NCBI GenBank assembly: GCA_963674825.1
Contig: OY771587.1
Location: 2,688,001-2,752,000, forward strand
Length of the DNA: 64,000 bases
DNA from: Candidatus Cloacimonadales bacterium
GTDB lineage: Bacteria > Cloacimonadota > Cloacimonadia > Cloacimonadales > JAIOQZ01
Reading direction: 5' to 3'
In this document: positions 25,299 through 35,733 of the stretch, in pieces
How the letters are laid out: each line of letters starts with the position of its first letter
How positions within the stretch are numbered: position 1 is the stretch's first letter
The notes under the pieces: model-generated
Told to the model about the DNA's origin: nothing
The model's input: the letters and a program-made list of their open reading frames with translations, nothing else
Database searches by the model: none
Program-made: the position numbers and the translations under genes

Positions 25299-27899
25299 TT
25301 ACTCGTGTTCTCTCGACATCTCTTCGTCTGGCTGCGTGATGATGACGAAGCTGTTGTTGAGATACTTATTGGCAACTTGCTGGATCTGCTCGGGTGTGAT
25401 GGTGCGAAGGATATCGCCCATGCGATAGAGGTAATCGTACCCATAGCCGCGGTATTCGTAGTAGAGGGCATAGGATGGCAGAGCGTTTTCGCTGATCATG
25501 CTCTGCATGCGTTTGTCGAATTCAATGATCGCCTGATCGAGTTCTTCCTGACTGACCGGCTCGGTTTTCAGCCTTTCGATTTCACCTTTAAGCACCTCGA
25601 TCAACTCATCTTTTTTAGGAAGAGATGTTTGGGATACCATCTCGAATGTGCCCCACTCGTCGCTGAACTGGTAGTCTGAATAAGCCCAATAGGCGAGATT
25701 GTTGGTGCCGCGTGTGGCTTTGTGAAGCCGAGATTTGGATGAACCGCTCAGGATGATTTCCATCAACCGCATTGTGAGGTTGTCTTCGGAATAGAAGCTG
25801 GGTGCCGGGTAGAAGATGTTGACGTTAACCGGCTCGAAATCGTACGTATTGACGGAGACGGTATCTTTCTCGACGATCGTGCGCCATACGCGGGGCTCAT
25901 CGACGGTACCCTTCGGTATTGCCTTGTAGATCTCTTTTGCCCACTTGCGTGCCTCGTCTTCCGAGAGGTCGCCGAAGAGCGCAGCTACGACCGGCTTCTC
26001 GTCGGAAGCCTTGAAGTACTTGTCGTACAGTGCTTGCACCTTATCATGGTCAAGGTCTTTGATTGCTTCCCATTTTTCCTTGTTGGACAGCGAGAACATC
26101 GGTTCTTTGTAGATGAGCTTGTTCGCGATTTCGTTGTGGACGGACAGCGGCCAGCTCTGGGAATTTAGCAATCCTCCCTTCTGTTCTTCCAGCATAAGCT
26201 GGATTTCTTTCTGGGGAAACGTCGGGTTCTTCAGCGCATCAATGATCATATCGAGTAATTCGTCGAAGTCGTTTCGCAGCAGTTTCATTTCAAGCTTGAA
26301 GCCTGTCTCGGTGAGGATGCCGTTCGTCTCGATATAGTGGTCGTCCATGAATTCGGATAGCTCGGTTGCACTGTATTTTTTCGATCCTCTGAGAAGCATA
26401 TCCACTGTAAACTCGAGGCGTTCCAGGTCGCCTTCCGATCCGTAGTTCTTGTAGATAGGCATCAGGATTTCAGCACGGATAATCGGGCTGGTGTTGTTGT
26501 GGCGGTAAATGAGCGTAAGGTCTTCGTTGATTACTATCTTTTTCATCTCTTCGCGGACACCGGCATCTTCTTTTTGCTGTTCCAAAAGCTGACTTGTTCC
26601 GGTAGGCATGGCGAAATAGGTGATGCGATTCTTAGGTACAAGGTGGCGCTGGAAGGCCGCATAGATGTCTTCCGGGGTCAGTTTACTGGCCTGATCGATC
26701 TTTCTCTGGTAGTATTCAGGAGAACCATATATTTGTGTGTAGATACCAATTCGGCTGGCTTCGCTGCCGGGACTCGGAGTCGAGAGTAGTTGAGCCGCCT
26801 GGATGCGGTCGATGTATTTCTGGATATCTTCCTGCGTGATGCCACTTTGGCTGTATTGGAGGATGTATTGGTCGATCACATCGACGATTTCGTTCATCTT
26901 CGAGGGATCTTTCGCTTCGAATCCGATTGTGGCGTCTGCGGCAAACTGCATGTTGTAAGCTGCTCCGCCCCAGACGTTGTTACATAGCTGGAGGTCTTCA
27001 ACCAGAGCTTTGTTGAGCGGCGATGTGCGCTTGGCGAGTAGATAATCCATGCCAACGTTGAGCGCCATGCAGTCCATGTACCATGCATCGGGGATAATGG
27101 TGCAGAGCCTGCCGGTTGCCTGCTGGATGTTGAACTCTTTCACATAGACCGTGTTGCCCTCGAAAGGCGGCTGCTTGACGATGTCTACCGGCTCGAGGAC
27201 TCTTCTCTGGTAATTCTTGAACGTCTCTTCAACTTTTGTCATGAGGGTGTCGGGATCGATATTTCCAACGCCAACGAAGATCATGTTATTGGGCATATAG
27301 CGTTTATTGTAGTAGTTGACCAGGTCGTCGCGCGTGAGTTGCTTGTAGAGCTCGATCTTACCGATGACGGGGTAGTGCCCCGTCGATTGTGGCTGAGAAA
27401 GATCCATGAAGGTCTCGTAGGCCTTCACTGGAGGTGGACTGGAGCGATACACGAATTCTTTGATGATCACTTCACGTTCTCGTGTGACTTCCACCGAATC
27501 GAACGAGCAGAACATGATGTGCTCGGAGAGCATTTCCAAGCCCTTATCCACGTATTCGGCTGGAACTGTCATTTGGAAACAGGTGGTGAACGTGTTGGTA
27601 TAAGCATTGGCTGTTGCGCCAATCTCCTGTTCCATCTGGCCATATTCCTCTTCGGTGTGCAGGGTTGTGGAGCCACCGGAGACGATGTGCTCGAGGTAGT
27701 GCGAAATACCGGTTCCGATGTACTCGTCTTCATAGGCTGAGCCCGTTTTTACGAAACAGTATAATGCAACAGATTCGTTGTTTTCATTGTTTTTCGTGAT
27801 AACTTCCATACCATTGGGAAGTGTTTTCTGGATATAGTCGCCGGCGAACAGTGTAACGCAGGCAATCAGTACCAGTACGATAGCGTACAATTTCTTCAT
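25299..27899 (-). CDS. Secreted M16 (pitrilysin/PqqL-like) zinc peptidase
   Basis: Signal peptide, LPNGM, GISHYLEH (HxxEH), ANAYT, EREVIIKE; duplicated M16 halves. Confidence 0.92.
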   Translation of the reverse strand: MKKLYAIVLVLIACVTLFAGDYIQKTLPNGMEVITKNNENNESVALYCFVKTGSAYEDEYIGTGISHYLEHIVSGGSTTLHTEEEYGQMEQEIGATANAYTNTFTTCFQMTVPAEYVDKGLEMLSEHIMFCSFDSVEVTREREVIIKEFVYRSSPPPVKAYETFMDLSQPQSTGHYPVIGKIELYKQLTRDDLVNYYNKRYMPNNMIFVGVGNIDPDTLMTKVEETFKNYQRRVLEPVDIVKQPPFEGNTVYVKEFNIQQATGRLCTIIPDAWYMDCMALNVGMDYLLAKRTSPLNKALVEDLQLCNNVWGGAAYNMQFAADATIGFEAKDPSKMNEIVDVIDQYILQYSQSGITQEDIQKYIDRIQAAQLLSTPSPGSEASRIGIYTQIYGSPEYYQRKIDQASKLTPEDIYAAFQRHLVPKNRITYFAMPTGTSQLLEQQKEDAGVREEMKKIVINEDLTLIYRHNNTSPIIRAEILMPIYKNYGSEGDLERLEFTVDMLLRGSKKYSATELSEFMDDHYIETNGILTETGFKLEMKLLRNDFDELLDMIIDALKNPTFPQKEIQLMLEEQKGGLLNSQSWPLSVHNEIANKLIYKEPMFSLSNKEKWEAIKDLDHDKVQALYDKYFKASDEKPVVAALFGDLSEDEARKWAKEIYKAIPKGTVDEPRVWRTIVEKDTVSVNTYDFEPVNVNIFYPAPSFYSEDNLTMRLMEIILSGSSKSRLHKATRGTNNLAYWAYSDYQFSDEWGTFEMVSQTSLPKKDELIEVLKGEIERLKTEPVSQEELDQAIIEFDKRMQSMISENALPSYALYYEYRGYGYDYLYRMGDILRTITPEQIQQVANKYLNNSFVIITQPDEEMSREHE

Positions 27900-28058
27900 T
27901 CAGGTTCCTCCGATATGCATATCAAATCCATTTCCTGTTCAGCGTATGCATTTTTCATGCCTTTTCTGTCAATGGAATCTTTGCTTCTCACAAAATTTGT
28001 TTGACAGCATGAAATAACCTGAAAAAGATACCTCCAGCAAGAAACCGGGGAGTTCCCA

Positions 28059-28940
28059 ATGTGGAAAACGATAAATATAGAAGATAAACAGAAAATAAAT
28101 AGCTATTTAGCGAAGATCAGCACGGAAATTTCCGAGCTGAATTTCACCAATCTGTTTCTCTGGCAGCCGGGGCAGGATATCCGGTATTGGGAGATGGATG
28201 GCTTTCTCATGATACGTGACGGATTGAAGGACTACGAGTACTTCTTTCCGGTCGGCGAAGGTGATCTGACACAGGCTGTAAAGCATCTTCGTGAAGTTCA
28301 CGAGCAGGGGCCGCTTGTCTTCCGCTGTCTCGACGAATCGATGAAAGATGCCCTGGAAGCCGCGATGCCCGGCCAATTTACCTTTACTCGCACGGATGAC
28401 CGCGACGACTACGTCTATAGCGTACAAGAGCTTATTGATCTCTCTGGGCGCAAGTTTCGCAACAAGCGCAATTTCATTCTCGGATTTTTACGCGAGAACA
28501 ATTTCAGCTACCACCGTCTTACAGCGGATACGGTCGATCTGGTCGCCCATTCCCAACTCGAATGGTGCAACCAGCGTAACTGCGAGCTATTCCCGGATCT
28601 ATATCGCGAAAAGCTTGGTATTATGCGAGTTCTGGAGCATTTCTCGGATCTGGATTATATTGGTGGTTATATTGAGATCAATGGCAAGGTACAGGCGTTT
28701 ACATTCGCTGAACCTCTCACTGATGACACGGTTGTCATCCATATCGAGAAAGCGAATGATCAGATTCGCGGACTTTACCAGTTTATTAATCAGCACTTCC
28801 TTGAGCAGGAATGGAAGGATTTCACGTACGTTAATCGCGAGTGCGATCTTGGAATCGATGGGTTGCGTCAGGCGAAACTATCGTACCGGCCAGTCCGCAT
28901 GATTACAAAATATAAAGCTGTGGAAGTAGGTAACTTGTAA
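28059..28940 (+). CDS. DUF2156 / aminoacyl-phosphatidylglycerol synthase C-terminal-like GNAT protein
   Basis: SELNFTNLFLW, DYVY..ELIDLSGRKF..KRN, HIEKA, NRECDLGIDGLRQAKLSYRP. Confidence 0.85.
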   Translation: MWKTINIEDKQKINSYLAKISTEISELNFTNLFLWQPGQDIRYWEMDGFLMIRDGLKDYEYFFPVGEGDLTQAVKHLREVHEQGPLVFRCLDESMKDALEAAMPGQFTFTRTDDRDDYVYSVQELIDLSGRKFRNKRNFILGFLRENNFSYHRLTADTVDLVAHSQLEWCNQRNCELFPDLYREKLGIMRVLEHFSDLDYIGGYIEINGKVQAFTFAEPLTDDTVVIHIEKANDQIRGLYQFINQHFLEQEWKDFTYVNRECDLGIDGLRQAKLSYRPVRMITKYKAVEVGNL

Positions 28941-28957
28941 CTCGTAACTGCTAACTT
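28930..28957. repeat. Heptamer tandem repeat (GTAACTN)x4
   Basis: gtaactt gtaactc gtaactg ctaactt; related arrays at 25267-25295 and, inverted, at 40104-40120. Confidence 0.7.
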
Positions 28958-28962
28958 TTCTC

Positions 28963-30243
28963 TTACTCGACTATCCTGCCGACCAAATCGTATTCCCACG
29001 CATCGATAATCTCGACGGTGACAATATCGCCCAGCTTCGCCTTACCTTCGGTAATATAAACAATTCCGTCGATTTCAGGAGCATCCTGGCGTGTCCGGCC
29101 CTCGTAGCGATAACCTTCCTCTTCTGATTCCGCGTCGATGATCACCTCAAGCTTCTTTCCGACCTTCTCTTCCATGATCTCGCGGGAAATCTCCTGCTGG
29201 ATCTGCATGAGACTGTCCTTGCGCTTCTCGGCGGTCTTGGGTGTGACTTTGGGCGTTATCTCATATGCAGCGGTACCTTCCTCTTCAGAATAGGTGAAGA
29301 CACCCAAACGATCGAACCGGGCGTCACGCACGAATTCTTCCAGGCGTTTGAAATCGGAAACCGTTTCACCCGGGAAACCAGTGATGAAGGTGGTGCGGAG
29401 CGCGATATCGGGAATGATGTTGCGGATACGTCGCAGCAACATTTCGAGCTGTTCGGTAGTTGTTCTGCGATTCATTGCCTTCAATACGGGATCGCTGATA
29501 TGCTGGAAGGGTACATCCAGATAATGGCAGATCTTGGGGATGGACGCGATGGTCGTCAGCATTTTCTCGGTGATGTGAGCGGGGTGAAGATACATGAGGC
29601 GGATCCATTCGATGCCTTCGATTTTCTCCAGCTCCCACAGCAGATGCGTAAGGCGCTGTTCGCCGTATATGTCGATGCCGTATTGAGTGATGTCCTGTGC
29701 GGTGACGATCAGCTCTTTGACGCCTTTCGCGGCGAGAGATTTCGCTTCCTCGATCAGTACTTCCATCTTTTCGCTCTGGAGTCTTCCGCGAATATCGGGT
29801 ATTGCACAGTAGGCGCAGTAATTCTCGCAACCGTCACTGATGCGAAGATAGGCGTAGTGCGAAGGTGTGAGAATATGCCGGGCCGAGAAATCACCGGTAG
29901 GCTGTTCTGTGAAGATCGATTCGAATTTCGAGAAGTCTTTGAGGTCGATCCAGGCGTTCACCTCCGGAATATCTGATTCGAGCGCGTCCAGATAGCGTTT
30001 GACCAGGCAGCCGGTAACTGCCAGGTATGAATTCGGCTTGCGAACCTCATTGTATTCCAGTATGGTGTCGATCGATTCCCGCTTTGCATCCAGGATGAAT
30101 CCGCAGGTGTTGATCAAAATCATGTCCGCCTCGCGGATATCCATCGTCCGTCTGTAACCGTGTTGCAGCGCGATTTCTGTAAATCGTTCACTGTCCACCA
30201 GGTTCTTCGGGCACCCAAGACTTTCGACGTAAAAGGTTTTCAT
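28963..30243 (-). CDS. rimO: Ribosomal protein S12 methylthiotransferase RimO
   Basis: SLGCPKNLVDSE, NTCGFI, CENYCAYC radical-SAM triad, DAPEIDG TRAM end. Confidence 0.96.
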   Translation of the reverse strand: MKTFYVESLGCPKNLVDSERFTEIALQHGYRRTMDIREADMILINTCGFILDAKRESIDTILEYNEVRKPNSYLAVTGCLVKRYLDALESDIPEVNAWIDLKDFSKFESIFTEQPTGDFSARHILTPSHYAYLRISDGCENYCAYCAIPDIRGRLQSEKMEVLIEEAKSLAAKGVKELIVTAQDITQYGIDIYGEQRLTHLLWELEKIEGIEWIRLMYLHPAHITEKMLTTIASIPKICHYLDVPFQHISDPVLKAMNRRTTTEQLEMLLRRIRNIIPDIALRTTFITGFPGETVSDFKRLEEFVRDARFDRLGVFTYSEEEGTAAYEITPKVTPKTAEKRKDSLMQIQQEISREIMEEKVGKKLEVIIDAESEEEGYRYEGRTRQDAPEIDGIVYITEGKAKLGDIVTVEIIDAWEYDLVGRIVE

Positions 30244-30387
30244 TCTTGCTCCTTCACGAAAACATTATATTTCACGTAACATCGATGGTCAACATAAAAT
30301 GGATTTTATAAGCATTCATGAACGGAATTGTTTGACGCAATAGGGTTTCATACATTAGATGGGAGATCGGTATCAGAAGAGGATTGT

Positions 30388-31299
30388 ATGGAACAGGAAC
30401 GAATCGAATCGAAGCATAACCGAGCGCTTCTGAACCAGTTCAGAAGTTATCTGAAGCTGGAGAAGGGACTCTCCGACAACACGCTCGAAAGCTATACCAA
30501 CGATCTGGTGCAGTTCATGGAGGATCTGGACAGGGATGTTGAAATGATACCGGTCGAGACGATCGTCAATCATCTTGTACACCTTCAAGAGATCGGTATG
30601 GCATTCACCAGCATTGCGCGCAAGCGTAGTACCATCGTATCGTTTTTCAGATTCCTTGCCGAGGAAGAATTACCGCTTGCATTCACCATCGAGAGCATTC
30701 CGCCGATCAAGCCGCCGCAGCGGTTACCGGAGGTGCTTTCCAAAGATGAGATCATCGAGTTTCTCGACGCGTTACCATTGGAAACACCTCTTCAATATCG
30801 CAACAAGGCCATGTTCGAGCTGATGTACGCTACGGGCGTACGCATCTCGGAGGCAATCGACGCTTCCATTCACGATATTCTGTGGGAAAACCACGTACTG
30901 CGCGTGACCGGCAAGGGCAATAAGCAGCGCTTTGTGCCTATCGCGGGAGAATCGCTCAAGTATTTGCAGCTTTATGTGGATAAGTATCGCATTCTGCTCA
31001 AGCGTGAGAAGCGTACCGATGTTCTGTTTCTGAACCGCTCGGGAAAGGGACTGAGCCGCATGGGTGTGTGGAAAGTATTACGCGAGGAAGCGAAGAAGCT
31101 GGGCTTCAAATGGTGGGAGAAGCTCCATCCGCACATTATCCGGCATTCGTTTGCGACTCACCTGCTGGAAGGCGGAGCGAATCTGCGTACCGTGCAACTT
31201 CTACTCGGGCACGTAAGCATCAACACCACGCAGATCTATACCAACATCGACATGCAGCACATCATCGAGCAACACCGCCTCTACCACCCCAGAGGGTGA
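30388..31299 (+). CDS. xerD: Site-specific tyrosine recombinase XerD/XerC
   Basis: EKGLSDNTLESY, YATGVRISE, GKGNKQR, HIIRHSFATHLL, LLGH...TTQIY. Confidence 0.88.
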   Translation: MEQERIESKHNRALLNQFRSYLKLEKGLSDNTLESYTNDLVQFMEDLDRDVEMIPVETIVNHLVHLQEIGMAFTSIARKRSTIVSFFRFLAEEELPLAFTIESIPPIKPPQRLPEVLSKDEIIEFLDALPLETPLQYRNKAMFELMYATGVRISEAIDASIHDILWENHVLRVTGKGNKQRFVPIAGESLKYLQLYVDKYRILLKREKRTDVLFLNRSGKGLSRMGVWKVLREEAKKLGFKWWEKLHPHIIRHSFATHLLEGGANLRTVQLLLGHVSINTTQIYTNIDMQHIIEQHRLYHPRG

Positions 31300-31324
31300 A
31301 TGAACGCTAATCAGCAGACAGTTC

Positions 31325-31354
31325 TTGACAATATAAAGCGTGAACTCATACTAT
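31325..31354 (+). promoter_or_regulatory. Sigma70-like promoter
   Basis: TTGACA-18 nt-TACTAT upstream of the lipoprotein gene. Confidence 0.5.
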
Positions 31355-31374
31355 GTTGCCGGGTATGGAGAGTC

Positions 31375-31929
31375 ATGAAGAAATCGATCCTGTTATTCAT
31401 CGTCGTTCTGTTGTTCGCCGGTTGTAGTGGAAAACGCAACGGCCGCGAAGAAGAAGCTATTGCGAAAAAGATGTTCGAAGCGCTTCGAGAAGAAGATTCC
31501 GGGAAAATCGGATCGTGCATCGTGACGCAGGATGATGTCGAATATGTCATGACCTACTTTTCCATGAACACTGATGAGTATAAGGCGATGACTCTGGAGG
31601 AGAAGCAACAATTTGAACAGCTCTTCCAGATACGCGTCGAAGAACTCCGCCAAGCCTGGCTCAACAGCTACGACAACATGATCGACCAAATCAACGAAAT
31701 TCAGCAGGCCAATCGTATCGACTGGGGCAAGATCCGTTATGACGGATACCAAGCTTCATTTCCCGACTTCGAGATTGAATATATGCCGCGCTACGGCGAA
31801 TTCGACCTGCTGTTTCATCACGGAAAGACACACTATCGGCTACACACCAAAGGTATCGTGAAAATCCACGACCAATGGAAGCTACAATTGGGTGAATTCA
31901 CCCTCGAGGTGATCGACAATGATTCATGA
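31375..31929 (+). CDS. Lipoprotein of unknown function
   Basis: MKKSILLFIVVLLFAGC lipobox, ggag RBS; start reassigned. Confidence 0.75.
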   Translation: MKKSILLFIVVLLFAGCSGKRNGREEEAIAKKMFEALREEDSGKIGSCIVTQDDVEYVMTYFSMNTDEYKAMTLEEKQQFEQLFQIRVEELRQAWLNSYDNMIDQINEIQQANRIDWGKIRYDGYQASFPDFEIEYMPRYGEFDLLFHHGKTHYRLHTKGIVKIHDQWKLQLGEFTLEVIDNDS

Positions 31930-33178
31930 CATATACGAAAAAGATACATTAAGCAACTATCTGAAACAGGTACAGTTACAGTTCGATGAACGTCCAGCAC
32001 AGGTTATTTTCTTCAATTTCGAAGAGAAGCGCGCATCAATCGAAGAAGCCCTCTCACCGATGGGACACTATGTGCGGTTTCGGCAAACGGATAGTATTGC
32101 TGAGATGGAAAATGAAGAGCAGCCCGACCTATTGATTCATAACATCCACAATATTGAACAGCTTGACGATGCGTTTCTCGCCTATTTAAAGCGTTGTTAC
32201 GAAGCGAGAGTTCCTACCGTTGTCATACTACCCGAACCCAATACGGATCTTCAAAAGCAGCTTATTGCCCAGAATGTCGACGCGGTTATCGAACCGCCAT
32301 ACAGTGAGGCCGATCTGCTCTGCCGTATCAGGAACCTTATTCGTATTCGCAGGCTTCAGCAGTGGAGCGATATGCTTCTGCGCCAGCTTACAGATCTCCT
32401 TCAACGGCGCACGCACGACCTCATCGACGAAGAACGGCAGACTGTTATCGATAACCTGATCAATGGTATATTCCACAACATTCGCGGTCCGCTAACCGGA
32501 CTTTTCTTTGCCTGCGACACACTGTCGCTCTCGGTTCAGGATCTTGCAGGTGGCCCTGCTGGCTTGACCAGTCAGGCTGAAATCGCAGACTTGGATGGAA
32601 GCGTGAACATGATCCGTAAAGCTGTCGAGCGTATGAACGACATGCTCTGCAAATTGCTCGAACGCAGTGAGGCGGACAGCCGCGCCTATCCGCAGGTGAT
32701 TGACCTGAATCTGCTTGTGACCCAGGAAATCGAGCTGATGAAAGCGGATATGGAGTTCAAGCATCAGATTCATAAGACGATCGAGCTTCATCCCGAACCA
32801 ATCGAGATAAAAGCCGTTCGCAGCGAGATCTCACAATCTATTTTCTCCATTCTGCGCAATGCGGTGGAAGCCCTGGCAGGGCATGAATCTCCTCAAATTG
32901 AGATCCGCACCGATATTACCGATAACATGGCGAATATTTACATTGCGGATAACGGCCCCGGTATCGCCCCGGAGACTCGGGAACGAATATTCGAACCCTT
33001 TTTCAGCACCAAGCCCAAACCACCGGCCGATACGATCGGGGCGGCTGTCAGTAAAGGGCTGGGGTTGCATTTTTGCCGGCAGTCCATCCGGGCGAATCGC
33101 GGCGAAATTATCCTTGTTTCGGAGCCAGGCAAACGAACCTGCTTCCGGATCAAGCTGCCTCTTCACAAAGAACCATGA
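31919..33178 (+). CDS. Histidine kinase with N-terminal degenerate receiver domain
   Basis: FHNIRGPL H-box, RNAVEA, DNGPGI, FEPFFSTK, GLGL; receiver-like PDLLIHN lacks the phospho-Asp. Confidence 0.85.
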   Translation: MIHDIYEKDTLSNYLKQVQLQFDERPAQVIFFNFEEKRASIEEALSPMGHYVRFRQTDSIAEMENEEQPDLLIHNIHNIEQLDDAFLAYLKRCYEARVPTVVILPEPNTDLQKQLIAQNVDAVIEPPYSEADLLCRIRNLIRIRRLQQWSDMLLRQLTDLLQRRTHDLIDEERQTVIDNLINGIFHNIRGPLTGLFFACDTLSLSVQDLAGGPAGLTSQAEIADLDGSVNMIRKAVERMNDMLCKLLERSEADSRAYPQVIDLNLLVTQEIELMKADMEFKHQIHKTIELHPEPIEIKAVRSEISQSIFSILRNAVEALAGHESPQIEIRTDITDNMANIYIADNGPGIAPETRERIFEPFFSTKPKPPADTIGAAVSKGLGLHFCRQSIRANRGEIILVSEPGKRTCFRIKLPLHKEP

Positions 33179-33432
33179 TCGACGAAAGACCGGAAGAACC
33201 CATCGAGGTGATGTTTTTCTTCGGGAAAGATAAGCGCTATCCTCAACGATTTCGATGGAATGGAGACGTTATCCAGATCGCTTCGAACAACGGCTACTGG
33301 ATGCGGCACATCGGCAATGTTCCATGCCACTACTACGCTGTTTCGGATGATATCGGCAATTACTACGAACTTGAGATGAACGGCGAGACACTGAAATGGA
33401 GATTGATGCGATATGTGCTTCAGACCGCATGA
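33175..33432 (+). CDS. Small DUF6504-like protein
   Basis: EPIEV...PQRFRWNG...W...YYAV...YEL...W pattern; ATGA overlap with the kinase. Confidence 0.55.
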   Translation: MIDERPEEPIEVMFFFGKDKRYPQRFRWNGDVIQIASNNGYWMRHIGNVPCHYYAVSDDIGNYYELEMNGETLKWRLMRYVLQTA

Positions 33433-33573
33433 GTTTTCATGAAGTTCCTGCCATTTCGAGCTGTTGTGTTTGCTTTCTTTTAAGGATTCATGTAGATTAT
33501 ACATACGTGCAGTATTGGGTGCTGGTAGATAGCATTTACTTGCACCGACAGTAACAATAACCGGGAGTATTGA

Positions 33574-35595
33574 ATGAGTACAGAGCCATGCACAGGCGAG
33601 ATCGAACTTGAAGTCATCGGTAACGGCATATCGGCACTATTCAAACGCCTTTGTCCATTTTTACCGGACGGTACGGCTGTAACCAAAGAATACCTTATCG
33701 AGCTTCTCAAGGATAACAGCATTGTATCGGGCATCGATGAGAGTGCTATCGAGTATTATCTTGAAGTGGCAAATGATAAAAACGAACCACAAATGAATTG
33801 TCTGATTGCTCATTCCACACCTCCGAGAAAGAAAAAGACAGCACGTTTTTATTTCGAAGTCGAGTGTAAGCTGAAACCTGAAGCCAAGCCTGCCTGGCAC
33901 GCAATGTACAATTGTCTGAACGGTATCGATCCCGAAGGTTTTACGGTTATGTACCCGAGCGATATGATTCTCATGCATGAAAACCAACGTATTGGTTCGT
34001 ATCGTGAGAATCCCGAAAATGAAGATGGCGTCAATGTTTTCGGTGGGCGAATTCCCGCGTTAAGAGCTCATCCCGATGAATTACGTGCTGGTGTGAATGT
34101 CCTCTACGATGAGCGTACCGGATCTTTTACGGCAGGTGCGTGTGGGTACCTGTTGATATACGATAACACGATTCAGATTCTGGATGCTTTTGCCGTGTCC
34201 AAAGATAAAATGCACCTCTATTTCCTGAACCTGCCACGGATGAAGAAAGAACTCCCTACTCAGAAGGAAATCGATCGATATCAGCAGAAGAACAACATCA
34301 TGTTCGATATCAAATTCAGCGAGGACGATCTCGAATTATCTCCGATGAGTCATCCTGTTGTTTGCACCGGCAAGCAACCGGGTGAGTCGTTCGACGCGAC
34401 CATCGAAGAGCATTTCAGTATCGACAAAACGATCGGAACGATGGACGATCAGGGCAAGATCGACTTCAAAGAGCGCAACCTGTTTACCAGTATCGGTGGG
34501 GATGAGCTGCTCGCGGTAAAGAAGCTGCCGATTCGCGGTAAAGAAGGGATGGATATCTTCGGTAATCCCGTGTTTTCGCGAATGCCCAAGGACATTGTTC
34601 TCAAGAATGGTCCGGGAACCCGCGTTGAAAAGACGGAAGAGGAATTCCGCATTTTCAGTTTCGAGGATGGTATCGTAGAATACAATCATGGGATCATCTC
34701 AGTGTTTCCCAAAATCATCATCATGGGTGATGTCTGCTATGAAACCGGTAACATCGATTCCCGCGCAAATGTCGAGATCAGTGGGAGCGTGCTGGCCGGG
34801 TTCAATGTGAAGTCCGAGAAGAACATCTTCATCAAAGGCAATATCGAAGATCATTGTGAGATTGAATGCAAGGGTGATCTCTCGGTGATTGGCGGTATTA
34901 CCGGTGAATCGACCAAGATTGTCTGTCACGGAAACATGACAGCAAAATACATCGAATCCTGCTCCGTCCTTTCATATGGGCAACTGACTGTGCAGCGCTT
35001 CATTCGTGGAGCGAAGATCGAAGGACGACACAACATCATCGTGTTTGGGCATGGAATCAACCTCAATGAGCGTGGCGCGATCGTCGATGCCGAGATCAAG
35101 GTCACCAAGAAGCTTCTGGTGCCGGTCATTGGTTCGGATGCTGGCTTGAAGACCATTATTCATATTGCATATGACGAGCAGTTGCAAAAGAAGATCGATC
35201 AGCAGACCGAAGCCTGTCAGAAAATCGAAGAAGCGCTCAAAGCCATCACTGAACGGTTCAGTTTCGATATCCTGTCACCAACAATCTACGATGAAATGAA
35301 GAACATGACCGTCGATGTGAAGGAAAAAGTTATCAAGGCGTTGCGAGAAAAAAACCAGCTCGAAAAGAAGCAGGAGATGATGCAGCGCATTTTAGACAAG
35401 GAACTGAAAAACAAAGTAGATATGATCCGGGAATCCTCGGTCGATATAAGCGTAAAAATAATTCCGGACCTCATTCTGCGTGCGGAAGGCCTGCAACGAA
35501 CCATTGACAAAATAATGGGCCCATCCAAATTCTACCTCGATCTTGAGACGCATCTGATTGAGAAGAGCGTTGTTGTTGCGAAACCGGAAATCTGA
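33574..35595 (+). CDS. FapA (DUF342) family protein
   Basis: GKIDFKE, GMDIFG, GDVCYETGNI, beta-helical repeats and a C-terminal coiled coil. Confidence 0.85.
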   Translation: MSTEPCTGEIELEVIGNGISALFKRLCPFLPDGTAVTKEYLIELLKDNSIVSGIDESAIEYYLEVANDKNEPQMNCLIAHSTPPRKKKTARFYFEVECKLKPEAKPAWHAMYNCLNGIDPEGFTVMYPSDMILMHENQRIGSYRENPENEDGVNVFGGRIPALRAHPDELRAGVNVLYDERTGSFTAGACGYLLIYDNTIQILDAFAVSKDKMHLYFLNLPRMKKELPTQKEIDRYQQKNNIMFDIKFSEDDLELSPMSHPVVCTGKQPGESFDATIEEHFSIDKTIGTMDDQGKIDFKERNLFTSIGGDELLAVKKLPIRGKEGMDIFGNPVFSRMPKDIVLKNGPGTRVEKTEEEFRIFSFEDGIVEYNHGIISVFPKIIIMGDVCYETGNIDSRANVEISGSVLAGFNVKSEKNIFIKGNIEDHCEIECKGDLSVIGGITGESTKIVCHGNMTAKYIESCSVLSYGQLTVQRFIRGAKIEGRHNIIVFGHGINLNERGAIVDAEIKVTKKLLVPVIGSDAGLKTIIHIAYDEQLQKKIDQQTEACQKIEEALKAITERFSFDILSPTIYDEMKNMTVDVKEKVIKALREKNQLEKKQEMMQRILDKELKNKVDMIRESSVDISVKIIPDLILRAEGLQRTIDKIMGPSKFYLDLETHLIEKSVVVAKPEI

Positions 35596-35733
35596 TAGTG
35601 ATGGCAGTGCGATCATCGAGGTATTAAGGAAAAATTATTTCACTTCAGCCAGGTGCAGATTGGCCGATAATAATATGAACGGATTTAAACCTTTCACGCG
35701 AGAGGATAATTCGACATCCGAGCTGAGGTGCCC

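Noticed and set aside
30388..31299. Tyrosine recombinase as prophage, ICE or integron integrase
   Set aside because: Size and motifs match housekeeping XerD, and no phage genes, att repeats or attC cassettes are visible nearby.
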